Below are positions 19,973-30,830 of a DNA stretch of 64,000 bases, piece after piece. How positions within the stretch are numbered: position 1 is the stretch's first letter; the number at the start of each line of letters is the position of its first letter. Position numbers and translations under genes: made by a program. The notes under the pieces are model-generated. The model was not told where the DNA came from, made no database searches, and saw only the letters and a program-made list of their open reading frames with translations. The DNA comes from a virus (lineage: Duplodnaviria; Caudoviricetes): positions 64,001 to 128,000 of IMG/VR virus record IMGVR_UViG_3300012662_000009; one strand, given 5' to 3'.

Positions 19973-22141
19973 ATGAAAGCCCCAAAGTATGAAGACTTAA
20001 ATTGCTGTACATGCAAAGAGTCTTATATGAAAAAGCATAATCCTAAATTTTGGAATTATATCAATTCACATTACGCAAATATCAATAAGTGGTCAGAAAA
20101 ACTTTATTGGTATTATAGCAAGCTCACAGAATATCCTAAATGTCCTATGTGTGGAAAAGTCCCGGAATTTCAATCGTTCAATAGAGGATATAGGACATTC
20201 TGTAGTCATAAATGTTTAAATAACTATCAAAAGATTAAAGATAAAAAAGAAAAAACATGTCTTGAAAAATATGGTGTAAAAAACGCCATGCAAAATAAAG
20301 AAATAGCAAGAAAAAGAAAACTTAGGAAGAAAAGGAAAGAAGTAATCCCTATAAAAAATTATGATATAACTTATATATATTATAATGATAAACAGATTAA
20401 AGCTCCTCTCAAATCTTATTTTATCCCAGGACGATCAGCTGAAACCAGTTTAAGATGTCATTTTCCTGAATTTTTAGAGTATCTTAATAACACATATCCG
20501 AAAGATTTAAGTGTTAAGGAGAAACTTTATTGGTATTATAATGGATTGACTGATTATCCAAGATGTCCGACTTGCGGCAAACCAACCAATTATATAAATA
20601 TCAATGAAGGATATCGCGATTATTGCTGTTATAAATGTATGAATGGTAGTAGTGCTAAAGTCGAAAAAACTAAACAAACATGTTTAGCAAAATTTGGTTG
20701 TATAGCGCCTGCACAATCTGAAGAAATTAAGCAAAAAGCTCGTCAAACATGCTTAGAACGCTATGGTGTTGAAAATTCTACACAATCTGAAGAAATTAAG
20801 CAAAAGATTCGCAGTACTATTATAGAAAGATATGGAGGTGTAGGAAATGCTTCTCCTGAGATATTAGAAAAATATAAAAAATCTAATATTGAAAAGTATG
20901 GTGTTGAGAACATACTTTGTGATCCAGGATATAAAGAAAAAATTAAACAGACTTGGATTGATAAGTGTGGTGTAGATCACCCCAGTAAGAATAAAGATAT
21001 TATAAATAAAATAATAGATAGCAGGCGAAAAACAGAAATAAACAAACATGATTATCTCATAGGTTATACTGAGAATGGGGAATGGATTTGTAAATGCCCA
21101 CATCCAGAATGCAATAAGTGCTCTGAGAAGTTTTATATTATACCAGTAAACAGATTTACAGATAGGAAGTATGATCACACCGAACCATGCACAAGATTAT
21201 TACCGATTGGAAAAGATAATACTAAGAATACTTCTATTGAATTATTCGTACAACGATTGCTTGATAAATATAATATAGAATATATAGCCAATGACCGAAG
21301 TATAATCAAACCCAAGGAACTCGATATATATATTCCCTCTAAGAACTTAGCAATTGAATGTAATGGAATATTCTCACATAGTGACAGATATAAAGATCCT
21401 GATTATCACCTCAACAAATCCCTTCTCTGCAAATCTCATGGAATAAGGCTTATACATATTTGGGAAGACTGGATAAGAAACAAACCAGATATTGTAGAAT
21501 CCCTTCTCCTCTCCAAAATAGGTATTAAACAGGGTCTTACAACGGTTTATGCAAGGCAAACTCAAATAGAACTCTGCACCAATAGGAAAGAATATCTCCA
21601 GTTTATGGACAGAAATCATATCCAAGGCCGTTCAGGATTTCAAGAAGCTTATGGATTAAGATGTAATGGAGAACTCATAAGCATCATGACCTTTGGTCAT
21701 AAAAGAGGATGCGTAGGAAATTACAAAAAATCTTCCAATGAAAATGAATGGGAACTTTTAAGATTCTGCTCCAAACTCGGATATCACATTCCAGGAGCCG
21801 CATCGAAACTCCTCAAGCATTTCATAAAAGACTTTGGTCCACAATTAATATACTCATATGCTTCTAATGACATCTCTGAAGGAAATGTTTATGAAAAACT
21901 CGGATTTGTAAGCACAGGCAAGACCAATCAATCATATTGGTACATAGACATTGAGACCGGTAAAAGATATCATAGATCTGCCTTTACAAAAAATTCTATA
22001 GTCAAACGGGGTTGGAAAGAGGTCAATGATTCCTCCTGGACTGAACGACAAGTTATGGAACAAATGGGTTATGTGCGATTAAATGATGCCGGTCAGACTC
22101 GTTGGGATTTAGATATAAAAAATTTCCGCAGTACTTGTTAA
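19973..22141 (+). CDS. Hef-like free-standing putative homing endonuclease
   Basis: Two EKLYWYY..YP-CP-CG zinc modules, TCLEKYG repeats, CPHPECNKCSEKFY and ELDIYIPSKNLAIECNG. Confidence 0.7.
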   Translation: MKAPKYEDLNCCTCKESYMKKHNPKFWNYINSHYANINKWSEKLYWYYSKLTEYPKCPMCGKVPEFQSFNRGYRTFCSHKCLNNYQKIKDKKEKTCLEKYGVKNAMQNKEIARKRKLRKKRKEVIPIKNYDITYIYYNDKQIKAPLKSYFIPGRSAETSLRCHFPEFLEYLNNTYPKDLSVKEKLYWYYNGLTDYPRCPTCGKPTNYININEGYRDYCCYKCMNGSSAKVEKTKQTCLAKFGCIAPAQSEEIKQKARQTCLERYGVENSTQSEEIKQKIRSTIIERYGGVGNASPEILEKYKKSNIEKYGVENILCDPGYKEKIKQTWIDKCGVDHPSKNKDIINKIIDSRRKTEINKHDYLIGYTENGEWICKCPHPECNKCSEKFYIIPVNRFTDRKYDHTEPCTRLLPIGKDNTKNTSIELFVQRLLDKYNIEYIANDRSIIKPKELDIYIPSKNLAIECNGIFSHSDRYKDPDYHLNKSLLCKSHGIRLIHIWEDWIRNKPDIVESLLLSKIGIKQGLTTVYARQTQIELCTNRKEYLQFMDRNHIQGRSGFQEAYGLRCNGELISIMTFGHKRGCVGNYKKSSNENEWELLRFCSKLGYHIPGAASKLLKHFIKDFGPQLIYSYASNDISEGNVYEKLGFVSTGKTNQSYWYIDIETGKRYHRSAFTKNSIVKRGWKEVNDSSWTERQVMEQMGYVRLNDAGQTRWDLDIKNFRSTC

Positions 22142-22191
22142 AAATCCTGATAAATTATATATTATTAATCATGAAAGAAAATAATAAGAAG

Positions 22192-22353
22192 ATGAAAAAG
22201 TTAGTTTTAATGATGGCCGTTTTGATGAGTATGGCCTTTGTATCTTGCGGAAAAGGTGCAAGTGCAGATGTTAATGACACAACAAAAGTAGATACTGTTG
22301 ACAGTGCTGTACAACTTTCGGATACATGCGTAGTTGATACGGTCAATATCTGA
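22192..22353 (+). CDS. Small lipoprotein (Bacteroidota-type signal peptide II)
   Basis: MKKLVLMMAVLMSMAFVS-CGKG followed by an acidic DT/DS-rich tail. Alternative start at 22171. Confidence 0.7.
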   Translation: MKKLVLMMAVLMSMAFVSCGKGASADVNDTTKVDTVDSAVQLSDTCVVDTVNI

Positions 22354-22431
22354 TGGAAGAATAGAAAGAATTTTAGAAGAATGATGAGGAATAGAGGTCG
22401 TTGTGAAACGATCCCTATTTTTTTATATATA

Positions 22432-22471
22432 AACTAAATTTATAGGACCTATTTAGTATATAAATACATAA
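22432..22471 (+). promoter_or_regulatory. Bipartite promoter-like motif, copy 2 (variant)
   Basis: AACTAAA-N13-TTTAGTATATAAATACATAA. Confidence 0.55.
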
Positions 22472-22488
22472 CTAATATAAATGTATAT

Positions 22489-22617
22489 ATGAGTATTTTT
22501 GATGATAATATTTTAGACAGGGTTCCAGAAGAAATGATTTGGAATTGGCTTGAAAATACACAAAATATTTCTTTTTATATTCAAGATGAAGAAGTTAAAA
22601 TAAAGTATCTTAATTAA
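22489..22617 (+). pseudogene. Truncated 42-aa member of the S(I/L)FDD family, untagged form
   Basis: MSIFDDNILDRVPEEMIWNWL. About 44 nt around the start are identical to 6441-6484. Confidence 0.55.
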
Positions 22618-22645
22618 TTATTATATAAATATCAAAAAAAATTCA

Positions 22646-23152
22646 ATGAAAAATCTTAAAAACTCTATTTTAGAAGCACTTGATATGAATGTCCCTGAAA
22701 TGGGTATACATGCTCAAACTATTGTTGACAAAATAGCATGTTATATTGATATGGAGGACTACGATGTCACTAAACAATTCATGGAAGAAGTTTGCGCTGA
22801 ACTGGATAAGAAAGTTAAAGCCCCTGTAATTAAGAAAGTATTTGGGGTAACTGATAAGCATGAGCAAGAAATATATATGAATATAATTGGTATCTTTACC
22901 AGTACATTGACAGGCATTGACGATTATGAAGATCGTTATGAAAAACAACCTGATGATGTATTGAGATTTATTGAAAATACTGCAGAAATTCATAATAAAG
23001 ATTGGGCCGACGTTGATAACGATATATATGAGCATATAGTAGATAATTATGACGATTTTGATAGTGACCAAATATCTACAATGATTCAAAATGTGCATAA
23101 AAATTGGAATAATTTATGTCATACAGTATTAAGAGTTTTGTGGGCTTCTTGA
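22646..23152 (+). CDS. Acidic hypothetical protein with capsid-targeting-like N-terminus; probable paralog of 47678..48256
   Basis: MKNLKNSILE. C-terminal NWNNLCHTVLRVLW resembles IWNNFCLEVIYTEW. Confidence 0.6.
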   Translation: MKNLKNSILEALDMNVPEMGIHAQTIVDKIACYIDMEDYDVTKQFMEEVCAELDKKVKAPVIKKVFGVTDKHEQEIYMNIIGIFTSTLTGIDDYEDRYEKQPDDVLRFIENTAEIHNKDWADVDNDIYEHIVDNYDDFDSDQISTMIQNVHKNWNNLCHTVLRVLWAS

Positions 23153-23271
23153 TAATATAAATTATATTATATATAAACAAAAAAGAGATGCATATGCATC
23201 TCTTTTTTTTTTATTATAGGTACTTAAACGATATTTATAAACCTTATTATTATATAATAAAAAGTTATATA

Positions 23272-26200
23272 ATGGCCAGTGTTACAGATTGCTTAGTGCA
23301 ATTACAACAACTCACAAGACAAAATCTCGATATACTCCAAGCTATTAATGACGCTTTCCTTTCTAATCAGACACACTTAACTGCTAAGATAGGAGATGTT
23401 AAATATGCTATACCGTCTTTTCTGTCCTTAGAAAATAAAATCAATAACCTCCAAGATAATTTCAATAACCTTATAAATGCACCCAAGACGGGTGAAGCGA
23501 CTTTTAATCTTGATGGAAATTCTCGTTCGATCGAAGTGCGAGGTTATACACATGCTCCTAATAGAGTTGTATTAAGTGAAGTTAATGAATTTGGGATAGA
23601 ACAAAATGATATATTCAAAGACTTCTTAACACCTGTGCCTTATATAACATTCTCGCTCAAGGATTTACCTAATGACATTACATCAGTAAATATTAAGAAG
23701 ATAATCCCTAAAACTGACGAGCTCGAAGCCTTTTTCGTGGGATTAATAGATAAGAATACTGCTTCTAAATCATATTCGTATGCGGATTTATATAAAAAAC
23801 TTTATATATATGAAGAAGATAAAGATTATATTGAATATGATACCGTCAAGAAACTTCCTATAAGAAAAAATATAGGATCATCAACATATGTCATAGGTTC
23901 TATTAAATCAGATAATATAGACGAAAATCTTGATGAATATATAACTCTCCAGTTACGGAGCGATTTGAATATAGAAAATGATCCCAATTACACCAATAAA
24001 TTGACTTATAGACTCTTTGATGAGACTATAGAAAAACCTTTAAAAATAGGGGATCAATTAGTAACCTTTGATGACTCCGCCAAAGTTGAGATAACGGAAA
24101 TCCAACAGAATACTAATACTATCACTGTTAAAGTCCTCAGTGGTGAATATCTCAATCTCATGGAAGATTCTACTAATATGGACGTTTATAATATCTCGGA
24201 TCTCGCCAAACTAAAATTTTATTCCCCTATAGATTTTGATAATGATAAATATATAAGAGTTCCACTGGAAGAAGACCAGTATGTATTTATAGCCATAGCA
24301 CCTCTCAATGATAGAATGAATATTCAAGCTCCATGGGGTACTGGTGTAGTTCTGAATACATATAACTTAATGAATAATGATCAAAATTTTAAAGATTATT
24401 ATCAAAAAAACGTTCGTAATATAGGCGATGCATTAAATGAACTTGTAATGGTCTCACCCGGAGAACTCACTAAATTATCTGGTGAGGACTTTCAAAATCT
24501 ACAAAGCATCAAACCAAGTATTGATACAGATCTTTTAAAGGTGGTCCAGATCAATAAACATCTTAATGATACTGCCACTGTTAAGAATATCAAATCTTTA
24601 TATGCGCAGAAATTAAAATATAATGCCGATCTACAAGATATTCAGAATAAGATAGCTGATATAAACAGCAAATTATCATCAGTGTCTTTTGATGATACTT
24701 CGAACATCAAAACGGTTTATACTCAACAACTCGCCGAATATACCAAAACAAAAAATTCTTTGGTAACATCCCTGCAAAAGATCGTGGATGAGATATCACT
24801 TGCAGCAAATTCTTCTGATATTCCTATAGAAAATGCTAAGTATCATATCAGAGGGTTCTTTGATTATAAATCTTTCGCTGAAATAAATAATATAGATGAA
24901 AGCCATATAAAGGGTATACAGGTTCAGTACCGTTATAAGAATATGGATAAAGCTGTTGGTAATGCAACTACCATAGCAGACAAATTCTTGTTCTCTGACT
25001 GGACTGAAATGAAAGGTTTTATGAATACCAAAGAAGTATCCTGGGACAATGGTTATCAATTTAATGTTAAGGAAGATACTTCTAATCAAAATGAACCTTC
25101 TTTTAATCAAATAGATATTGCTATATCTCAGGGAGAAACCGTTGACATTCGCTTGAAGGTTATATATGATTATGGTTATCCTTATGCAGAGGTAACGACA
25201 CAATGGTCAGAAGCGGTCAATATAGAATTTCCTCAGGAATTTCTCAAGGATGTTCAAGTGCTTGATATAATTTCAGAGAATAATTCTGATATCGAAACAA
25301 ATAGATTCAATAATATTCTTGTAGAACAAGGTATCACAGAACATATTGGAGATAAAATACAGGATCAAGATGTAACTTATTATCATAAACCAGAAAACAT
25401 CTCTTCAGGATTTTATACTTCTGAGAGACGAGTTATTCCCTTAAAAGACAAGCTCGCAGAATTTTCAAATCTCCTGTCACAACTTAAAGATGAAGTGCTC
25501 GGTACTAATTCATCTGCACTGTCAGTTTCTGTGGGTGTAGGTGATATCTCTAATAAAATATATCCTTTACAATCTAATAACATTCTCGTAGAAGGTTATG
25601 CTGATTTGGTTAAGGATAACGGTACAAAAAATACTACTATAAATAATTATACTATAGATGAAAATCAAGTTATAAGCACTCTCTTGAATATATCTATTAC
25701 TAATAATTCAGAACATACTATGAAACTTTATCCCATGTTCCCTGGTAGTTCTAATGAGATTATTAATAATAAGCCAAACTTTAAATACAATGCTGCAGAG
25801 TATACTCTGGGTGCTTTTGTGTCTTCCGGTGATATTGCCCAGCAATTTAGTGAGTTACAAGAATTTATAAATAATCTTAGAGATAAAAATAATCAAGAAC
25901 ATGATAAGTTCAAACAAGATATAACAAGTTTATACGATTTAATCCGAACAGAAGGTATAAAATTTGATGCAGAATTTGTTAAGACCCAGGCCTTAGGTAT
26001 TAAAAATATTATATATAATGTATCTACAAAAGATAGAACATTAACCACTGAAAGAATAGGTGATACTATTTATGCCGATTTTTGGACTGAAAATAAAGTC
26101 CCTGCTCAAAATATTAGTGCAGATGATCTAAAAAAGGTAAACAACATTTGTAAAGGGTTTATGAGTGAAGTTGAATTCCACTTCCAGTTATCCCGTGATA

Positions 26201-27249
26201 TATCATCCAATGACATTGTTATTTCCAAATATAAAATAATAGGAATTAAGTATTACCCTTATATTGTAACAAAGGAAAATGGAAATATAACGGATGGTAA
26301 AAAATTGTTCAATGATCCTATAGAGATAAGTGGTCTTAATATAGAATTTTCCTCTGGTGGCGCCGGTGAGTTTAATATAGATGACAACAACATATCTATA
26401 ATAGATTTCAAACCTCTATATTATTTGGATAACTCAAAGTTTAATGTGAAACCGGCGGATATTGCTATTGGTTATGATAAATCACGCATTTATTATTTAA
26501 AATCTCCTAATGAAGGTATAACTTTTACAATAGAAGAAAAATCAACTGATGAGAATAATAGGGCAAACACCACCTCTACAAGTATTCCAGTAACCTTAAG
26601 TAATACTAATGATTCTACAAATAATTCCAATATAACAACCCCAGTTATATTCCCCAGTGGAAATGAAACACTTGATAGTAAGGGTGTTTGGATGAGAATA
26701 GGTGAATCTGGTTATATACTTCAGAGATGTAATCAATTTATGAATTTTAGAACAAGTAGTATTATAGGTACAACTAAATATTATACTAAAAATCCTACTA
26801 ATGATACATATCAAGAAAATAATGAATTAGCTGGAGCATTAAACAGATATATAGATCTTGATAAAGAAAATTTTGGTGTTACTTTATACCCCAGCATATC
26901 TAATGAAAAGTCCCTTATATGTAATAATATAGGTACCATATCATATCAATTATTAAATCCTGGTGATACTATAGTAATTCCAATATTGTTAAAGTATAAA
27001 AATGGTCAATGGGTAACTAAAAAAGTTAACGGGAAAGATGAGACAATATTTGAAAGTAAGTTAAAAGATGATAAATTACAAATATCCAAAACAATATCTT
27101 TTGACCTCTTACCATCTCTTTATCAAGATCCTATAAATTATGAATTTACTGTCATATGTAAAAATAAATTAACAGATCAAGATAGGGCTTTGATGAATAA
27201 TAGAAAGTACACGGAAGATATTAAGTATACTACAACAGTTACTAAATAA
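23272..27249 (+). CDS. Large virion structural protein (baseplate/wedge candidate)
   Basis: ~1325 aa from ATG 23272, directly upstream of gp15- and gp5-like genes. Confidence 0.55.
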   Translation: MASVTDCLVQLQQLTRQNLDILQAINDAFLSNQTHLTAKIGDVKYAIPSFLSLENKINNLQDNFNNLINAPKTGEATFNLDGNSRSIEVRGYTHAPNRVVLSEVNEFGIEQNDIFKDFLTPVPYITFSLKDLPNDITSVNIKKIIPKTDELEAFFVGLIDKNTASKSYSYADLYKKLYIYEEDKDYIEYDTVKKLPIRKNIGSSTYVIGSIKSDNIDENLDEYITLQLRSDLNIENDPNYTNKLTYRLFDETIEKPLKIGDQLVTFDDSAKVEITEIQQNTNTITVKVLSGEYLNLMEDSTNMDVYNISDLAKLKFYSPIDFDNDKYIRVPLEEDQYVFIAIAPLNDRMNIQAPWGTGVVLNTYNLMNNDQNFKDYYQKNVRNIGDALNELVMVSPGELTKLSGEDFQNLQSIKPSIDTDLLKVVQINKHLNDTATVKNIKSLYAQKLKYNADLQDIQNKIADINSKLSSVSFDDTSNIKTVYTQQLAEYTKTKNSLVTSLQKIVDEISLAANSSDIPIENAKYHIRGFFDYKSFAEINNIDESHIKGIQVQYRYKNMDKAVGNATTIADKFLFSDWTEMKGFMNTKEVSWDNGYQFNVKEDTSNQNEPSFNQIDIAISQGETVDIRLKVIYDYGYPYAEVTTQWSEAVNIEFPQEFLKDVQVLDIISENNSDIETNRFNNILVEQGITEHIGDKIQDQDVTYYHKPENISSGFYTSERRVIPLKDKLAEFSNLLSQLKDEVLGTNSSALSVSVGVGDISNKIYPLQSNNILVEGYADLVKDNGTKNTTINNYTIDENQVISTLLNISITNNSEHTMKLYPMFPGSSNEIINNKPNFKYNAAEYTLGAFVSSGDIAQQFSELQEFINNLRDKNNQEHDKFKQDITSLYDLIRTEGIKFDAEFVKTQALGIKNIIYNVSTKDRTLTTERIGDTIYADFWTENKVPAQNISADDLKKVNNICKGFMSEVEFHFQLSRDISSNDIVISKYKIIGIKYYPYIVTKENGNITDGKKLFNDPIEISGLNIEFSSGGAGEFNIDDNNISIIDFKPLYYLDNSKFNVKPADIAIGYDKSRIYYLKSPNEGITFTIEEKSTDENNRANTTSTSIPVTLSNTNDSTNNSNITTPVIFPSGNETLDSKGVWMRIGESGYILQRCNQFMNFRTSSIIGTTKYYTKNPTNDTYQENNELAGALNRYIDLDKENFGVTLYPSISNEKSLICNNIGTISYQLLNPGDTIVIPILLKYKNGQWVTKKVNGKDETIFESKLKDDKLQISKTISFDLLPSLYQDPINYEFTVICKNKLTDQDRALMNNRKYTEDIKYTTTVTK

Positions 27250-27258
27250 TATTTTATA

Positions 27259-28029
27259 ATGATAGATTCGAAAACACTGGCAATGAAGATTCGAAAGGGA
27301 GAGATCGACTGCAATAATCAGGATCTCTTCTTTTCAATCCTCATAAAAGGCCTCATAAATAAACTTGATGATGATATTTCTATAAGGGATATTAAGGTAC
27401 CTCATATGATTCTTCATACCGGAGATGAACAAATGTACCTTAATGTCAAAGGACAGGACAATTCTATAGAGCCTTATGAAGTATCTAATGAAGATTATGT
27501 TTATAATATTATCCCCAGGTGCATAGTAAGTCCCTCTAATGTTGATTTAATACCTGATCAAGTAACTAATCCATATTCAAGGGGTCTTTTACAATATGAA
27601 TCAGAAGATTCTATATATACCCTCTCAGCTGAATTTCGTAGGATGCCTGTTAAATTAACTTCTGAATTAAAATATTATATAGGTTCTTATACAGATATGC
27701 TTGAATTAATTCAACAAATAATTTCTAAATTATCTTTTATAAGAACTTATAACATAACTTATATGGGGCAAGTTATAAAATGTTCTTATAGAATACCTGA
27801 TAATTTTTCTGGAGAACATTTAGTTGATATAGATGAAACCACTCAAGATAACAGGTGTCGAGTCCTTACATTATCTTTAGAAGTCGAGTCTAATTTCCCC
27901 GTTTTTTCAAATAAAACTATCATATCAACGGATCAGATTATTAGAAAAATCAGTAGTAATATTAATATACATGAAACAGGAGATATTGATAAATCTCCCA
28001 TAGATTCAAATAATGATATTATATCATGA
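27259..28029 (+). CDS. Tail terminator / sheath stabiliser (T4 gp15-like)
   Basis: MPVKLTSELKYYIGSYTDMLELIQQI resembles the gp15 PVP-x-L-x-x-EL...D-LQIVEQI segment. Confidence 0.55.
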   Translation: MIDSKTLAMKIRKGEIDCNNQDLFFSILIKGLINKLDDDISIRDIKVPHMILHTGDEQMYLNVKGQDNSIEPYEVSNEDYVYNIIPRCIVSPSNVDLIPDQVTNPYSRGLLQYESEDSIYTLSAEFRRMPVKLTSELKYYIGSYTDMLELIQQIISKLSFIRTYNITYMGQVIKCSYRIPDNFSGEHLVDIDETTQDNRCRVLTLSLEVESNFPVFSNKTIISTDQIIRKISSNINIHETGDIDKSPIDSNNDIIS

Positions 28030-28700
28030 AATTCGCCAACGCCATATTACGACCAGGAATAGTAGAAGAAGTACTTATAGACGGGCAGATTAAAGCTTCT
28101 GCACCAGGGCTTTTTTCTGCTGAGGATTTGGATAATCTCCCTCCGATATATCCCTTCTTCGGAGGCCATGCAAATACTTATTCAGAACCCACTGTGGGGG
28201 ATGAAGTATGGGTTCTTAATGTACTTGATAATAATAGGCAATTGTATTGGTTTCGCAAGGATAATATACAAGAAGCCAATGGTGGTCTTATACAAGAAGG
28301 TGATGTGGAAGTTTTATGTAACCGGGAATTCGGGGGGGGCCTATGGGCTACTATATATTTCTCTGATGGATCTGGTTGGGTTATTAAAAGAGATGACAGT
28401 AAAATTCAAATAGATCCCGATGGAAATATTATATTGGATACAGGATTTCCTTATAGATGTATAGATGTAAATCTTTCAGGTATTTCATTAGGCTCTCGAG
28501 GAGAATCATCACACCCAGCTGCTTATGGAGATAAAATTGAAGATACTTTATTATATATTTATACGGCCCTCGAAGCAATTCAATTAGCTGCTGATACAAA
28601 TCCTTATACAAAAGGCATTTCAATGGCTCTACAAGCACAATTGCCTAAAATAGAGCAAACAATACCTCAAATAAGTTCTCCTAATGTAACTTTAGAATGA
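28026..28700 (+). CDS. Baseplate hub/spike protein (gp5/gpV-like OB fold)
   Basis: P-VGDEVWV...YW OB-fold motif followed by short beta repeats. Confidence 0.6.
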   Translation: MKFANAILRPGIVEEVLIDGQIKASAPGLFSAEDLDNLPPIYPFFGGHANTYSEPTVGDEVWVLNVLDNNRQLYWFRKDNIQEANGGLIQEGDVEVLCNREFGGGLWATIYFSDGSGWVIKRDDSKIQIDPDGNIILDTGFPYRCIDVNLSGISLGSRGESSHPAAYGDKIEDTLLYIYTALEAIQLAADTNPYTKGISMALQAQLPKIEQTIPQISSPNVTLE

Positions 28701-28942
28701 TGATTATAAATACTTCTGGAACTCGATATAAGAGATATAAAGGTCTTGAAAAGACAGGAGAGCAAGCCTATGACTATGAAAAAAATGGCTTGCTCAATAA
28801 ACTTATGTCACATACTATTATAGAATCTAATAATGAAATTCTTAAAAGTATCTTATCTTTCTTTGAGAAATCTATGATATTCCTTATGAAATATACAAAA
28901 GAACTGCAAAATTTCAAAAATATACATTATAAAAATAGATGA
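28697..28942 (+). CDS. Hypothetical protein
   Basis: Overlapping ATGA junctions on both sides. Confidence 0.55.
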   Translation: MMIINTSGTRYKRYKGLEKTGEQAYDYEKNGLLNKLMSHTIIESNNEILKSILSFFEKSMIFLMKYTKELQNFKNIHYKNR

Positions 28943-29335
28943 ATCCACTGAATAAATATATATCTGAAGGGTTATTTGATGACGAAGATGATTTACTGGA
29001 TAAGAAACCTTCCGCAGCATCTCTTAATTGGTTCTTAGATGAGAATAATGTTATATTCCCTGATGAAAATTCCGAGAATTTAAATATAAATAATACAGGA
29101 GAATTAATCGTTAAAAGGCCCCCGCACAGGTCTTATAATCACGAATCTCCTCAATCCTATACCTGATTGGGTTGATACAAATAAAAACAATTGGGATGAA
29201 TTTGTATGGTTTAATATCATGTATCCTGTTAAATCTCAAAAAGATCTTCCTGTGGTAGGCAATATACAATACTTAAGTGGTTTTGCGCCAAGGTTCGCAC
29301 TGGAGAATGCGCAAATTCCTTACGAATTAAGATAG
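28939..29335 (+). pseudogene. Frameshifted, truncated member of the tagged E-(S/G)LFDD family
   Basis: MNPLNKYISE-GLFDDEDDLLDKKP. After a +1 shift near the C5 run (29119-29123) the frame reads NPIPDW...IMYPVKSQKDLP, matching NPIPKW...IEYPIKSQKDIP of 62705..63556. Confidence 0.75.
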
Positions 29336-29339
29336 ACAT

Positions 29340-30116
29340 ATGAAAGATATAAAAGATATAAAAGATATGAAAGATATAAAAGATTTTTTATTTGAAAGAA
29401 ATTATATAGGTGATTTACCCTTTACTTTTGAAGATCTATGTGATTTTATAAGAAATATTTGGGATGATGAATCGGAATCTTATATAAAAATGCAACAGTG
29501 TATAACGGATAATTACGGTGAAAGAGCCTGGTCTGGATTTCATGGATGGATCGAAAGCAAATCTAACATAGATCCGATGTCTTTATATATTAAACTTCAA
29601 AAATTCCCTGCAGATAGACTACCCAGGATTTTAGGATCTGGTTCTTATGGATCTGTATTTACTATAGGAAATGATAAAATTATAAAATGGTTTAATCTAC
29701 CTCCTGAAAAAAATGATATAATATTTTATAAATATTGTTTGAATAATAAATCGAAGTATTTCCCTAAAATATATAAATACAATGATAAATATTGTATTAT
29801 GGAGAAATTAAAAGATAATACTCAAAAATGTAAATTATATTCGAAGACCATTAATAAATATTTTAAGATCAACGGTAAAAATACTTCTATATGGGATATT
29901 GTAAATCAAATCATGAAAGGAGAAAAAATCACAAAAAAGGATCAAATAGAAATTGACAAATATATAAAAAATTTATCCAGTGATGATAAAGTAATATATG
30001 AATGGTTTTATAATGCTATGCAAGAAGCCCAGGATAATGGGTTTATAGCAGTGGATATGAAATCTTCTAATATAGGCGAAAGATCCGACGGTGATATTGT
30101 GTGGTTTGATATATAA
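29340..30116 (+). CDS. Ser/Thr protein kinase-like protein with capsid-targeting-like N-terminus
   Basis: LGSGSYGSVF..IIK, IMEKL, DMKSSNI and WFD motifs. A 9-bp tandem repeat lies at the start, and the second ATG (29367) gives MKDIKDFLFE. Confidence 0.75.
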   Translation: MKDIKDIKDMKDIKDFLFERNYIGDLPFTFEDLCDFIRNIWDDESESYIKMQQCITDNYGERAWSGFHGWIESKSNIDPMSLYIKLQKFPADRLPRILGSGSYGSVFTIGNDKIIKWFNLPPEKNDIIFYKYCLNNKSKYFPKIYKYNDKYCIMEKLKDNTQKCKLYSKTINKYFKINGKNTSIWDIVNQIMKGEKITKKDQIEIDKYIKNLSSDDKVIYEWFYNAMQEAQDNGFIAVDMKSSNIGERSDGDIVWFDI

Positions 30117-30132
30117 AAATAGAATAAATTCA

Positions 30133-30220
30133 TAGATGTGATTTAACAAAGAGAAATAGGCTCGATATAGATTTATATATCCGAGCCTATTTTGATCGAA
30201 ATTTGATATATTTATGCGCG
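30133..30220. repeat. Dispersed palindromic element, copy B (core TATAGATTTATATA)
   Basis: Near-identical to copy C, between convergent genes. Confidence 0.9.
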
Positions 30221-30287
30221 TTGTAAGACTATGTTTTGATTGTTAAATTGCGTTATGCAAATATACAATCAAGATATTATTATATAT

Positions 30288-30830
30288 CTATGTTTTGATT
30301 GTTATAACATCTATTCCAAATACTTTTTCAAGAGCCTTAGCCGATTCGAGGTTTTTTTCGCTGTCATCAAAGAATATGAATGTAGTATATCCTCTATGAT
30401 ATAATATAGATATTACTTCAGATTTCCTTTGATTAACCGTACCGGAAAGACCCAGTTTAGGATCATCTGTGGCAAATATAAGATTTTTGTCAAGATCTAT
30501 ATTATGTTTCTTGAGAAATTTCTTAATACCACTACATGAATTCCTGGCGGTGAGGATACCTATTTGTGATCCTTTTTTATATTCCCTTTTAAGTGTATCT
30601 AAATATTTTGTGGGAATTTCTTTTTCAAGCCATTTATAATCAGAAAATTCAGTGAAGTCAAAGGATTCGCCTGGTTTTAGATTGTAATTATTAAATTTTT
30701 TATTAGATATTCTTTTAGTTATTATACCATCCTTTATAATGCCTATACGAGCTGTGGTGTGGACAAGTGTATCATCCACATCAAATAAAAGTATCCTACC
30801 GTTATTTCTATACTCACTAAAGGTTTTCAT
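30288..30830 (-). CDS. HAD-superfamily phosphatase
   Basis: FDVDDTL, ILTAR, K and FFDDS--NL motifs. N-terminus MKTFSEY. Confidence 0.8.
   Translation of the reverse strand: MKTFSEYRNNGRILLFDVDDTLVHTTARIGIIKDGIITKRISNKKFNNYNLKPGESFDFTEFSDYKWLEKEIPTKYLDTLKREYKKGSQIGILTARNSCSGIKKFLKKHNIDLDKNLIFATDDPKLGLSGTVNQRKSEVISILYHRGYTTFIFFDDSEKNLESAKALEKVFGIDVITIKT

Noticed and set aside
28332-28339. G8 tract in the gp5-like gene as a phase-variation switch
   Set aside because: It is in frame, encoding Gly-Gly-Gly in a probably essential gene, and there is no evidence of length variation.
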